From Candidatus Bipolaricaulota bacterium (lineage in GTDB: Bacteria; Patescibacteriota; Patescibacteriia; UBA11705; DATKZF01): a DNA stretch of 64,000 nt. A program made the translations under genes and the position numbers. The stretch covers positions 292,651 through 356,650 of the forward strand of contig DATKZF010000003.1 in NCBI GenBank assembly GCA_035528115.1, given 5' to 3'. Below are positions 1 to 9,599 of this stretch, piece by piece. The notes under the pieces are model-generated. The model ran no database searches and was not told the DNA's origin. It saw only the letters and a list, made by a program, of their open reading frames with translations. Numbering within the stretch: position 1 is the first letter of the stretch; every line of letters starts with the position of its first letter.

Positions 1-435
1 TGATTAAAAAAGGAGAGAGCCGTTGCCATTCCGTTAAATGGCGCATCACTTTTACCCTAAATAGTTGAATAGTTGAAGGGTAAGGCCATAAGCTGAGGTC
101 TGCTTAAATGCCGCAAAAGGTGATGAATACTGATCGCCTAAAGCGATTGGGAGATCTCTTTCCTGGAATTCTTTTATCTTTTAGAAGTTTTCAGGGGAAG
201 AGATCCCTCAGTCGCTTTTTTCATGAATATAAAGATAGGGTATCCTCGCCAGCTTTTCCGGAAACAGGAAATTTGGCAAGGGTAATTTACCCTAAAGTGG
301 CATCGCTCGATAAAAAAAGGACGGGTAGTCCGGCCGGTCAACCGGTCATCGAGGATGAGAGTGGGTTCCTGCCTGCCGGCAGGCAGGCGACTCCCACCGG
401 TGCCGCTAAACAACCATGGATGGGAAGGAGGCAAC

Positions 436-654
436 ATGTTTTCCATCCTGATTGTCTTGAGTCTGGTCGTGAGCTTTCACATGCTGAAGTCCTTCGTCAA
501 GGAGGATATCAGCAAATTCCGCAGTCTGTGGGGTATCGTCCCCGCGGACTGCAAAGGGCCGCTCCTGCTCGAGCTCCTCTTCGACCCCACCGCTCTCAGG
601 GAGCGGTTCGAAAGAGAGAGCTCCTTCCAACACAATCTCACCCATTGGAGATAA
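436..654 (+). CDS. Small membrane protein (72 aa) inside GC-rich island 1
   Basis: RBS GGAAGGAGG 5 nt before the ATG; single TM helix FSILIVLSLVVSF. It overlaps the larger 108..728 ORF in another frame, which lacks an RBS and is low-complexity. Confidence 0.45.
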   Translation: MFSILIVLSLVVSFHMLKSFVKEDISKFRSLWGIVPADCKGPLLLELLFDPTALRERFERESSFQHNLTHWR

Positions 655-781
655 ACTCTCCGCTTCAACTGGGAGCACTCTCATCTGCTCCCAAATCCGC
701 TTTAGCCCACAAACTCTTTATTGGCTAAAGCGGGTTCTTTATTCAAAACAATGCCGACCTCGAGTCGGAGGGAGACGGAAA

Positions 782-1963
782 ATGAAGGTCATCGTGTGTG
801 GTCCCCCACACTCGGGGAAGTCGGTGTTCGTGGCAAACCTGAGAAGGTTTCTGCCACGAGAGGGTTCCTTCCTGTTCCGGTGCGCGCCGGACGGTGAGGG
901 AACGTGGAGCAACAAGGCAGATCAGGAGCTCGTCTCCCGGATTCGCCGCAAGGGCAAGTTCGACAGCAAGTTCATGGACTACGTCCTGAACGGTCTGGAG
1001 AACTGCCACATCCCCATCACCTTGGTGGATGTCGGCGGAATCAGGAGCGAGCAGAACGAGGCGATCTTCGCCAAGTGCGACGCCTTCATTGTGCTCTCGT
1101 CGAAGGACGAGGAGCTCAGTGAGTGGCAGCGCTTCGGCGAGGCCCTCGGTCTGAAGTGCCTGGCGCTCCTCCGATCCCGACTGGTCGGAAGTGAGGAGAT
1201 CGAAAACGTGCAGGCGGACGCCCCCATCGCCGGCACGATCTGTGGACTCGAGAGGGGGACGGAGATCGATTCCGAGCTGTTGCGGCAGATCGCCCAGCGG
1301 CTCACCACCATCACGGCGAGCGAGCTCGCCAAGTACGAAGAGGAGAAGGACATGAGCGAGAACACTACCATCACGACGGCCCAGATCGCGGACACCCTCG
1401 GCAAGGGCGTGATCGAGAAGACCCTCCCCAACGGGCGGGTCATCAAGACCATCGACTGGACCGGGGACGACCTCGCCGGGCTCGACGAGCACCTGCGGTC
1501 CCGCGGCTTCGGCCGGGCGGATCACGTCGTGTTCGACGGCCCGATGCCGGCGTGGATGGGCCTGGCGCTGGTGCACGGCGTGCACCCGGCGTTCAGCTCC
1601 CTAAACGATCCGAGGCTCGGCGCGGTCGGGATCGGCATGACCAACCCCGACGGGGAAGGCGCCGGCCCGAACCTGAAATTCTCGGTCGAAGACAAGGGTG
1701 GCTACATGCTGCTCACGTTCGAGATCGAGGGCGTAACGTTCGCCGTCGCCGACCTCGACAAGGTCGTGCCGCCGGCCATCCCCGAGCAGAAGGGTCTGGT
1801 CATCTCCGGCCGCGGACCCAACTGGCTCGCCGTCTCGCTGGCTCTGGCGTACCACGCCAAGGCCAAGTGGGTCGCGATGTTCCAGCCGGGCGTGGGCGCC
1901 ACCGTGGCGATGTCCCACGATCCCGACACCGTTCTCGGCTCGGTGATCCAGATCACCCTTTAA
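782..1963 (+). CDS. P-loop NTPase-domain protein (393 aa), GC-rich foreign-looking gene
   Basis: Walker A motif MKVIVCGPPHSGKS at the N-terminus, with a weak KTI12/PSTK-like kinase resemblance; DVGG switch-like motif; RBS GGAGGGAG 7 nt upstream. About 63% GC versus about 40% for the flanking DNA. Confidence 0.7.
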   Translation: MKVIVCGPPHSGKSVFVANLRRFLPREGSFLFRCAPDGEGTWSNKADQELVSRIRRKGKFDSKFMDYVLNGLENCHIPITLVDVGGIRSEQNEAIFAKCDAFIVLSSKDEELSEWQRFGEALGLKCLALLRSRLVGSEEIENVQADAPIAGTICGLERGTEIDSELLRQIAQRLTTITASELAKYEEEKDMSENTTITTAQIADTLGKGVIEKTLPNGRVIKTIDWTGDDLAGLDEHLRSRGFGRADHVVFDGPMPAWMGLALVHGVHPAFSSLNDPRLGAVGIGMTNPDGEGAGPNLKFSVEDKGGYMLLTFEIEGVTFAVADLDKVVPPAIPEQKGLVISGRGPNWLAVSLALAYHAKAKWVAMFQPGVGATVAMSHDPDTVLGSVIQITL

Positions 1964-2188
1964 TTCTTTTTCCAGCCCCCAGAAAGAAGACAGGGCTGCT
2001 ACAAATAATATGTCTTCTGCGGCACATCACAGCCCGCCGTTCCCTTGCACAGGGAAAAGGGCTGTTAACATAGGGCGAGACTGCACTAGTTTCGCCCCCT
2101 CAAGCAGAGTAAGCTTTACTCACTCCTCCTCTCCGCCTCTGGCGGAGAGAAAAGCTTGCTCTACTTGAGAGAAAAAATTAATACAAAA

Positions 2189-2222
2189 AATCGCCAACTA
2201 ATGTTGGTGATTTTTTGTTTGC
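2189..2222 (+). terminator. Intrinsic terminator downstream of the island-1 gene
   Basis: Stem atcgccaac / gttggtgat followed by TTTTTTGTTTG. Confidence 0.5.
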
Positions 2223-2353
2223 GTTCTACTGTGGAACACCATGAGCGATAATTGTCCCTCGACTTCCTGCCTGCCGGCAGGCGCTCGGGACACTCGACTC
2301 GTCATATGGTGGTACACCACGAGCGAGCCCGAGCAGCGCGAGGGCGAGTCGAG

Positions 2354-2430
2354 TGGTGGACCCGGCAGGGATCGAACCTGTGACCTCCTGTGTGCAAAAC
2401 AGGCGCTCTAGCCAACTGAGCTACGGGCCC
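2354..2430 (-). tRNA. tRNA-Ala (TGC)
   Basis: Cloverleaf with anticodon loop tttgcac and the G3:U70 identity pair; CCA is encoded. Its 3' end faces GC island 1. Confidence 0.9.
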
Positions 2431-2520
2431 GAGAATAGAAAATATTTTTTCGATCATCGACGCTAAAAAATTATACCAAATATATTATTCATCGTCAATC
2501 TCCGGTATTTCCCTGAAATA

Positions 2521-2556
2521 TTTTAAAAATAAAAGCGCCGGATCCGATAGCGCTTT
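2521..2556 (-). terminator. Intrinsic terminator of the helicase gene
   Basis: Hairpin aaagcgcc...ggcgcttt followed by a T-run on the minus strand, immediately after the stop at 2561. Confidence 0.7.
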
Positions 2557-2560
2557 TGAA

Positions 2561-5500
2561 TTACAGAGAATCTATTAAAATGGACTCCAACTCAGCGTCC
2601 AAATCTTCCGGGATATTTTTTTGTTGAGAAAACGATGCCAATTTGACTCGAATTTTCTCCCACGTCGGGTCATCTATTTCCACCTCTTGTTCTTTGGCTA
2701 TTTCTTTTACCCTCGCCGCGCATTGTCTCAAAACGCTCGGCCAATCCTCGTTCTTATTGGAGAGACGGGCGAATTCTTTGCCTGCGGATTCGGCTCGCCT
2801 GACAAGATCAGCGACTTTGCCGCGAGCATATGAGGCGTCATCCGTTTTGGCAAGTTCCGCGGCAAACGCCCCTAATTCTTTTTTCGCCTCTTTTATTCTT
2901 GCTTTTAATTTTGCTATTTTAGAAGCATTGGGATCTTTTTTTCCCGCGTCGGGAATTGAATTGACAATATCCCATAAAAAGCGGGCGTTGCTTAATTCTT
3001 CACCGAATTGATTTCTCAATTCCGATGTCATTTTTTCCCTTTCCTCCGTTTTGGATTTGGGCAAGTGTCTTTCTTCTTTCGGGACGGCTTTTGCCGTTTG
3101 CGCTTCTTTACCGGATATTTTACCCAGCAGTGTCGCGAACACACCCGCGGCAAGCCCTTCCTTGCGCTCCGGCATTTCTTCCTTTATCGATTGAGCCGCT
3201 CGGTATGTAGCGTCATTATCATAAGAAGTTTCAACATCATAAAAAGTTTCAACGCGAGAAATCGCCCTCCAACCGTATGGCGCGCCTGTTTTTTCTTCAA
3301 CCTTAAACACATCGCCGGCGTCTCTGGAAAAAAGATAATCTCCGTCGGTTAATTTCCAGCGTTCACCTTCGCGCCCGCTTCCATAAACAAACACCAGTCG
3401 CGACCCTTTTACCAAAAGCTCGCGTCCGGATCCGCCAATGGCTATTTCGTCCGGCGCGTGCGCTATATCGCTTGTCTGCCCGGGAGAAAAAGCCTCCGCC
3501 ACTCGTCCACCGCGAACGCGTATGATTTTAGCGTAGCCGGAATTACGACCGGATAATATATCAACCAACATTTCTTGTTCGGGAGTAAATTCTTGCTCTT
3601 CCGGCAATTCCGCCTCCAATTCTTGAAACAAAGTCTCGGATTTGTCGGGATCGAGCAAAACCGGCCGGCCGTATGGATCTTCCACCTTTAGAGCGTTAAC
3701 GGCCTCGCTCCATTTATTCCTTAGCGCTGAATATTGTTCATAGGAAAGTCCGAATCGGGCATAGTTATTATAATCGATTCTCTCTATTTTATCGGCAAGC
3801 CCATCCATTATTTTTTGAACTTCCGGAGCTCTTTTCAATCGTCTTTCAATTTCCATCGATCTTTCGGCGATAGCGGCGCGGATCGATTCCAAAATTTGAA
3901 GCGCTTTCTTCGGATCGGCGTCGGGACTCTCAATCACGGATCGCGCCTCGTTATATTGGCGCTCCAGCTCAGAACGCTCGTCATAAGAAAATCCTTTTTC
4001 GCGATATCCGGCAAGCAACTCTTTCATCGTGTCTTGCATAACCGCATATTGCTCTTTCGCCGGAGCCAGAAATTGCTCCCTGTCTATTTTTCTTTGTTTT
4101 CTCGCGTCATCTTGCGTTTTTTGCTCAATGGCTCTCTCGGTGGAATTTGCCGCGGCTTCGTTCGTGCGGAAATATCTCACACCGTATTCATATTTATATT
4201 CACGTTTATCGTAATCATAATTTGGCCCCAGAATATTTATTCCGGGCATAACGAAGACTTCTTCCCCTCGGTGATTTTTTGCGATAACGACCGGTCGCGC
4301 TCCCAGCTCTTCAACGGTTGGCAAGGGGAAAAAATCTTCGACTTTTATTTTCAATGTCTCCGGCGGTCTGAAATTATACCAAGCCTCATCAAGCCGTTTT
4401 TTATCCATTGCTTCTTTAAGCTTTGCAAGCGACTCAACGACAACATTGTATCCTTCCCCCGATTTGTACAATATCGCGGGACGCCCGGTCGCTCCGATTG
4501 ACGGAGCATCTTCTTCGGTCATAGAAAAAACCAAATCAACGGGAATATTCAAGGTAGCCGTAAATTTTTCAACTTTTTCGCTTTCCAACCAGCCGTTAGG
4601 ATTGGCAAGACGATAATCATAAGAAACTCTGACGGCCACGCCCTTAATTTCAACTGTCTCCGGATGCGATGCGTTAATTTCCGATAAAGTTTCAAGCGGA
4701 CAAAAATCTTCGATGTTGATTCTCATTTGCTCATCAATGTGGGCGGCCTCCTTTTTGCTTACGCAACCACCCGCTTTTTCTTTATACCAGTCGCCGATCA
4801 CGGGCAATTTGATCATGCCTCCGGATCGGACATAAAGCGAGTGAAGCAGCTCCATTGCCTCGTTATTGCGTTCAACGCATGGCAAATCCACTTTGCCTTC
4901 AACCAACGCTTTCATGAACACTTCCGCTGCTTTTTCATGATCTTTAACTATCCGCCTCTGTTCAACCAATGGCGAGCTCCGTCCCTTTAAACCGAGACGC
5001 GAGAGTTCAATCACTGAGTCTTGCTCGGGATCGTAGCTGAAAGATTTGTCATATTCCCTTAAAAGTTGCGGCGCTATTTCCGGCAGCCAGGTGGGATCAA
5101 CAGGCTGACAGCTGCGGGCGTATGTTTTCGAAGTCCTCATGACATCAGCGCCAATCATCAATTCCGGTTTCATCGAAAATACGGTTGAAGAAGGATGTAT
5201 ATAAATTCTATCAGATCGCTGCTCAGTTCCTTGAACCACGCGCTCATAAGCGAATTTACCGGAATAGGCCATCAAATGCTGAATCAAGCCCGCGGCAATG
5301 CACTTCTGAATCTCAACGGGATCGTTGCCGTTGGCGTCATCCACCGGCACTCCCCTTTTTCTCAATACGCGCATAAGCTGAGAGCGGATTTCTCTAACCT
5401 CAAACAATTGACGAACATTAAGATAATGATCTATCGCCCAGCCTTCACTGAAACCGGCCGCTGACCATTGACGCCCAATCTCCAGCAATCTTAAAAAATC

Positions 5501-7000
5501 CGAACCCTCTTTCGCAAACTGGTTATGCGCCGTATCTGCCTCATGCTCTTTGCCTTTCGGCCGCGCAAAAATGGATTTATCTCCAAGCATGGCCGCAATG
5601 GTGCAAATTTTTCCTACACAATGATGTTTTTCCGCCTCCAATACCATGCGGCTTATCTCCGGCCGCAATGGCAATTCAGCCATGACCTTGCCGATCGCGG
5701 TAAGCTTTTCTTGATCATCGAGAGCACCCAACATTTTCAGAGTCTCAACGGCTTGGGAGATGGCGCTCTCGCTTGGACGATCAATGAAATCAAATCCTCT
5801 GACATCTTCAATGCCCCCGTTCTTCATGGCCAAAATCACATGATCCAAATTGGAACGCGCGATTTCCGGCGTTTGAAAATCGGGTAAATTCTGATAATCC
5901 TGCTCGGTGTAAAGCCGATAGCACACGCCCGGGGCGGTGCGCCCGGCGCGCCCTTTTCGCTGTTCACAACCCGATTTGGCGTGTTGTTTAACCGTTAGCG
6001 CTTCTATGCCGGTTACTGGATTAAATTCTTTTTGCTTGATGAGACCCGAATCAACGACGAAACGAACGCCATCAATGGTCACCGATGTTTCAGCGATATT
6101 GGTGGCGACGATAATTTTTCGTTTGGCGCTTTTTAAAAAAATTTTATCTTGATCTTCCGAGGCCATGGCTCCGTAAAGCGGCAAAACCTCGACTTCTTTG
6201 ATGCCCAAAGATTCTATTTGCTTGATTGTCTGCTGTATTTCTGCTTTGCCCGGCATAAAAATCAAAACATCGCCTTCCGCGCCGCCTTGAACAATCTCTC
6301 TGACTTTTTCCGCGGCTTCTAATATGTAATCGCGGACAGTAGATTTTTCATATTTAACATCAACCGGAAACATTCTTCCGGCCACCTCTACTACCGGCGA
6401 CTTCTCGAAATAATTTGAAAACTTTTCTTTTTCGATCGTCGCCGAGGTGGCCAGCACTTTAAGCTGCTTTTTACCTACCTTTACCCTTTCTCTTTGAATA
6501 CGCTTTAAAAGTCCGAGCACAAAATCAATATTAAGAGACCTTTCATGAGCTTCGTCGACCATCACCACGTCATATTCTTCAAGCAACGGATCGCTTTGCA
6601 TTTTTCTAAGCAATATTCCTTCAGTCATGAAATTCGCTCGAGTGCCTTCAGTGGTTTTGTCCTCAAAACGCACTTGATAGCCGATCTCATCTCCAATCCT
6701 GCCGCCGCGTTGCTCCGCGACATAACGCGCGACCGAACGCGCGGCCACGCGCCGCGGCTGAGTGATGGCGATTTTCGCTTTTGGCAAAGCGTCAAGCAAA
6801 AAAACGGGGATTCGAGTGCTTTTGCCCGAACCGGTTTCGCCGATAATGACAGCGTTATTATTGTTTCGCACGCATTCAACCACTTCTTGACGCCGCTCAT
6901 CCATGGGCAACGCCGCCTTTTCTAAATTGCGCGCTCTTGGAATCTCCGAAGACGGTTTCGGCCGAGATTCCATTGAAGGATTCAAATTATTTTCCGTCAT
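2561..7000 (-). CDS. hrpA: DEAH-box ATP-dependent helicase HrpA/HrpB-like with a long E/K-rich coiled-coil C-terminal extension (1479 aa)
   Basis: Motifs GETGSGKST, DEAHERS and SATIE plus an HA2/OB-like region in the N-terminal ~650 aa. The C-terminal half is low-complexity coiled-coil. Confidence 0.8.
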   Translation of the reverse strand: MTENNLNPSMESRPKPSSEIPRARNLEKAALPMDERRQEVVECVRNNNNAVIIGETGSGKSTRIPVFLLDALPKAKIAITQPRRVAARSVARYVAEQRGGRIGDEIGYQVRFEDKTTEGTRANFMTEGILLRKMQSDPLLEEYDVVMVDEAHERSLNIDFVLGLLKRIQRERVKVGKKQLKVLATSATIEKEKFSNYFEKSPVVEVAGRMFPVDVKYEKSTVRDYILEAAEKVREIVQGGAEGDVLIFMPGKAEIQQTIKQIESLGIKEVEVLPLYGAMASEDQDKIFLKSAKRKIIVATNIAETSVTIDGVRFVVDSGLIKQKEFNPVTGIEALTVKQHAKSGCEQRKGRAGRTAPGVCYRLYTEQDYQNLPDFQTPEIARSNLDHVILAMKNGGIEDVRGFDFIDRPSESAISQAVETLKMLGALDDQEKLTAIGKVMAELPLRPEISRMVLEAEKHHCVGKICTIAAMLGDKSIFARPKGKEHEADTAHNQFAKEGSDFLRLLEIGRQWSAAGFSEGWAIDHYLNVRQLFEVREIRSQLMRVLRKRGVPVDDANGNDPVEIQKCIAAGLIQHLMAYSGKFAYERVVQGTEQRSDRIYIHPSSTVFSMKPELMIGADVMRTSKTYARSCQPVDPTWLPEIAPQLLREYDKSFSYDPEQDSVIELSRLGLKGRSSPLVEQRRIVKDHEKAAEVFMKALVEGKVDLPCVERNNEAMELLHSLYVRSGGMIKLPVIGDWYKEKAGGCVSKKEAAHIDEQMRINIEDFCPLETLSEINASHPETVEIKGVAVRVSYDYRLANPNGWLESEKVEKFTATLNIPVDLVFSMTEEDAPSIGATGRPAILYKSGEGYNVVVESLAKLKEAMDKKRLDEAWYNFRPPETLKIKVEDFFPLPTVEELGARPVVIAKNHRGEEVFVMPGINILGPNYDYDKREYKYEYGVRYFRTNEAAANSTERAIEQKTQDDARKQRKIDREQFLAPAKEQYAVMQDTMKELLAGYREKGFSYDERSELERQYNEARSVIESPDADPKKALQILESIRAAIAERSMEIERRLKRAPEVQKIMDGLADKIERIDYNNYARFGLSYEQYSALRNKWSEAVNALKVEDPYGRPVLLDPDKSETLFQELEAELPEEQEFTPEQEMLVDILSGRNSGYAKIIRVRGGRVAEAFSPGQTSDIAHAPDEIAIGGSGRELLVKGSRLVFVYGSGREGERWKLTDGDYLFSRDAGDVFKVEEKTGAPYGWRAISRVETFYDVETSYDNDATYRAAQSIKEEMPERKEGLAAGVFATLLGKISGKEAQTAKAVPKEERHLPKSKTEEREKMTSELRNQFGEELSNARFLWDIVNSIPDAGKKDPNASKIAKLKARIKEAKKELGAFAAELAKTDDASYARGKVADLVRRAESAGKEFARLSNKNEDWPSVLRQCAARVKEIAKEQEVEIDDPTWEKIRVKLASFSQQKNIPEDLDAELESILIDSL

Positions 7001-7010
7001 AAAATTTCAA

Positions 7011-7619
7011 TTATAAAAAAAGCGGAACGCTCGAAGCGTCGGCCTGTTTTTGATAAAAGATTCGCTTGCCATATGACCGCGAGAAATAAATTGCGGCAAA
7101 AAGCGGTAATGCCGGAATTTCTCCAATAAGGATAACCTTCTCAGCCGGTAAAAAAGCGTTTGGGAGCAATGGAATAAAATCTTGCGTCCGAGAGACAACC
7201 GCATCACCGGTAGTTTGTTCCCAAAGAGAAATAAGATCTATCTGGCGCGACGACCGCGCGCCAGCCAAGTCTGAAACGTTGGTTCTTTGATCTTTAACCT
7301 TTTTAATCTTATTCCAAACATCGTTGGAAAAAGTCTCAGCGTACGAAACCGGAGACTTTGAATGCAAAAAAAGTCGCATCAAACTATTATCCGGCATTCT
7401 AATCAGCGTTTCATCGGCTATATCGCAAAATATCGCGAAAGTCGCCGCCGACGCTTCAGCCGGCCAGTCGCTTGGCAAGACGGCTATCTCACCTTGAGCT
7501 TGAATCGCGACATGATTTCTAAAATCATGATATCCTTTCTCGTTACTCAAATTAAAATCATCCATTAACCGTATTGAAATGAAATCTCGCGCAATTACAG
7601 GCATCGCTCCGATCGTCAT
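7011..7619 (-). CDS. Hypothetical protein with weak resemblance to HPPK (FolK)
   Basis: Pattern GARSSRQIDLISLW resembles the HPPK motif GPRTLDLDIL. The stop lies 10 bp from the hrpA start, so the two are likely co-transcribed. Confidence 0.3.
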   Translation of the reverse strand: MTIGAMPVIARDFISIRLMDDFNLSNEKGYHDFRNHVAIQAQGEIAVLPSDWPAEASAATFAIFCDIADETLIRMPDNSLMRLFLHSKSPVSYAETFSNDVWNKIKKVKDQRTNVSDLAGARSSRQIDLISLWEQTTGDAVVSRTQDFIPLLPNAFLPAEKVILIGEIPALPLFAAIYFSRSYGKRIFYQKQADASSVPLFL

Positions 7620-8045
7620 AATTAAAAAAGTTAATATATTTCAACTGAGTTAATTATATCATCTGCTCCGCGCAACAACAACATTCAATCGGTCCGGCCA
7701 CGCCTTGCAATAAAATTTCATATTCCGAAATTCAAATTTCAACTTTTAACTTATTTTAAAAAATTTATAAAACATTTGTAACAAATAATAAAACAATAAA
7801 CCAAGGCTAGCTAATCGGAATTTTTAATTCGTAACGTAAAAGTTTTCCACAGTTTAAATAAAAAACATTGTTTGCATTTAAAAAACAGTTTATAATTTAA
7901 ATGTGATTGTTCTTTAAATAAAAAATAAAAATTAAATTATAAAAATTTGATTTTTTCTTCCAAAGACAAACTTGTCTTACAATATATTTCGAAAGTATTG
8001 TAATTCATTTTTGCAAGGAAGGCGAAAGGAGGTGAAAACAAAATT

Positions 8046-8222
8046 ATGCCAGCTAAAAAAAGAAAGAAAGCCGTGAAGAAGGCGGCTCCTAAGAGAAAGA
8101 AAGCAGTGAAGAAGACCGCGAAGAAAAAAGCGGCTCCTAAGAGAAAAAAAGCCGTAAAGAAGACCACTAAGAAAAAAGCGGCTCCTAAGAGAAAAAAAGC
8201 CAGTCGCAGAAAGAAAAAGTAG
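8046..8222 (+). CDS. Small basic Lys/Ala-rich repeat protein (58 aa), histone H1/Hc1-like DNA-binding candidate
   Basis: RBS AAAGGAGGTGA; AAPKRKKAVKKT repeated three times. It is absent from the ORF track because it is under 60 aa. The 7937..8239 minus-strand ORF is its antisense artifact. Confidence 0.6.
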   Translation: MPAKKRKKAVKKAAPKRKKAVKKTAKKKAAPKRKKAVKKTTKKKAAPKRKKASRRKKK

Positions 8223-8229
8223 TATAAAA

Positions 8230-8272
8230 ACAGCCCCATTTTCCTCGCGAAATATCAGGGCTGTTTTATTTT
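8230..8272 (+). terminator. Intrinsic terminator
   Basis: Stem acagccc...gggctgt followed by TTTTATTTT. Confidence 0.7.
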
Positions 8273-8339
8273 AAATATTTGAAATTTTGAAAATTGCTAA
8301 TTGGAGCTTATTTGTTATTTGACGCTTGTTATTTGGAAT

Positions 8340-9599
8340 TTACAATAAGGTCTCCTGCTTTGGCGCAAACTTTTTAATATCTTGATCATCGAATATTTTC
8401 ACCTGACCGTACACTCCGTCATATCCCGGCTTTATGCTGAGATTGCCCGTGCGAACTCTATTCACCGCTTCGGCCAGCAATTCATTTTCTTTTTTCAAAT
8501 CATCAATGCTTGATTCAAGCAAGACATTGAACTCGCTGCCAAAATTATTTATCAAATCGTCATAAACTTTGGCGACTTTTTTTGTTTTTGACTTGACCTG
8601 AAAACATTCGGCGATGATTTCGGCCAGCGGCACCAAGCTTTTATATGGAATGGCATTGGCCGGCGTAAATCCCGGCGGCCGATCAGCCAATTCATCCACG
8701 CGGTAATCAACGCCGAGCGTCAGCGGTTTTTTGCAGACCGGACAAATCCCTTTCAATTTTTTCGTTTCCGCGGGAGAAAAAGAAGTTTTACAGTCGGCGT
8801 GGCCGTCATAATGATACTTGCCTTCTTGCGGATAAAATTCAACGGTGTACAAAAATTTCTTTTTATCTTTATTTTTCAACAAATTGTAAATTTCATCATA
8901 ACTGAAATCATTCAACTCGAAAACATTAGCCTCTCTGCCGAGATTGGCCGGGCTGTGGCTGTCGCCGTTGGAAATCAAAGTAATGCGATCAAGAGCTGAT
9001 AAGCGCCAATTCATGGCAGGATCGGACGACAAACCGGTTTCAGCCGCGAAAATATTGGGCGACAATTCCTCAAAGCATTCTTCGATTGAATCAAATCCCG
9101 ATTTTGAGCCGAATAAAGAAAACCACGGCGTCCAAATGTGCGCCGGCGCGATTATGAATTTTTCATTGATGTCCAAAGCCATTTTCGCCAATTCTTTGGC
9201 GTCAAGGCCCAGAATCGGCCGGCCGTCCGACTTAATGTTAAATCCCATTTTGTCCAACCGCTCGTTCAATTTTCCAACCGCTTCAAGCGTTGGCGCGAAA
9301 AGTAGAATATGAATCCGCCTGGTCTTGTCATTTTTTTTGTAAATGCAAGAAATTTCATTGGATAATAAAAAATGAGTCTTTTTTTCGCCAAGATCGCCTT
9401 TGAAAGTAAAAATCCCGAGGCCGTTATCGACCAATCCGACTTTCAATTCCTTAAAATACGCCGGATGGCAAAAATCTCCGGTGGCGATAAGGTCAATGCC
9501 TTTGATTTTCGCTCGCTCGCTCAAATTCAAAATATCCATTTCCTTGGATGTGGCTCTCGAATATTTGGAATGCAAATGAAGATCGGCGATGATTTTCAT
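8340..9599 (-). CDS. PHP-domain nuclease, endonuclease Q-like
   Basis: N-terminal IADLHLHSKYSRA PHP motif; C-terminal Zn-finger-like CKTSF...CPVCKK. Confidence 0.5.
   Translation of the reverse strand: MKIIADLHLHSKYSRATSKEMDILNLSERAKIKGIDLIATGDFCHPAYFKELKVGLVDNGLGIFTFKGDLGEKKTHFLLSNEISCIYKKNDKTRRIHILLFAPTLEAVGKLNERLDKMGFNIKSDGRPILGLDAKELAKMALDINEKFIIAPAHIWTPWFSLFGSKSGFDSIEECFEELSPNIFAAETGLSSDPAMNWRLSALDRITLISNGDSHSPANLGREANVFELNDFSYDEIYNLLKNKDKKKFLYTVEFYPQEGKYHYDGHADCKTSFSPAETKKLKGICPVCKKPLTLGVDYRVDELADRPPGFTPANAIPYKSLVPLAEIIAECFQVKSKTKKVAKVYDDLINNFGSEFNVLLESSIDDLKKENELLAEAVNRVRTGNLSIKPGYDGVYGQVKIFDDQDIKKFAPKQETLL

Noticed and set aside
108-728. 206-aa ORF at the left edge
   Set aside because: Low-complexity R/P/G-rich translation typical of a wrong frame in GC-rich DNA, with no RBS. 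The overlapping 436..654 ORF has a strong RBS and a TM helix.
1552-2073. 173-aa Arg-rich ORF and other ORFs overlapping 782..1963
   Set aside because: Alternative-frame and antisense shadows of the GC-rich P-loop gene; extreme R/G/P composition.
7937-8239. 100-aa F/L/A-rich minus-strand ORF
   Set aside because: Antisense of the K/A-rich repeat gene at 8046..8222, which has the RBS and terminator.
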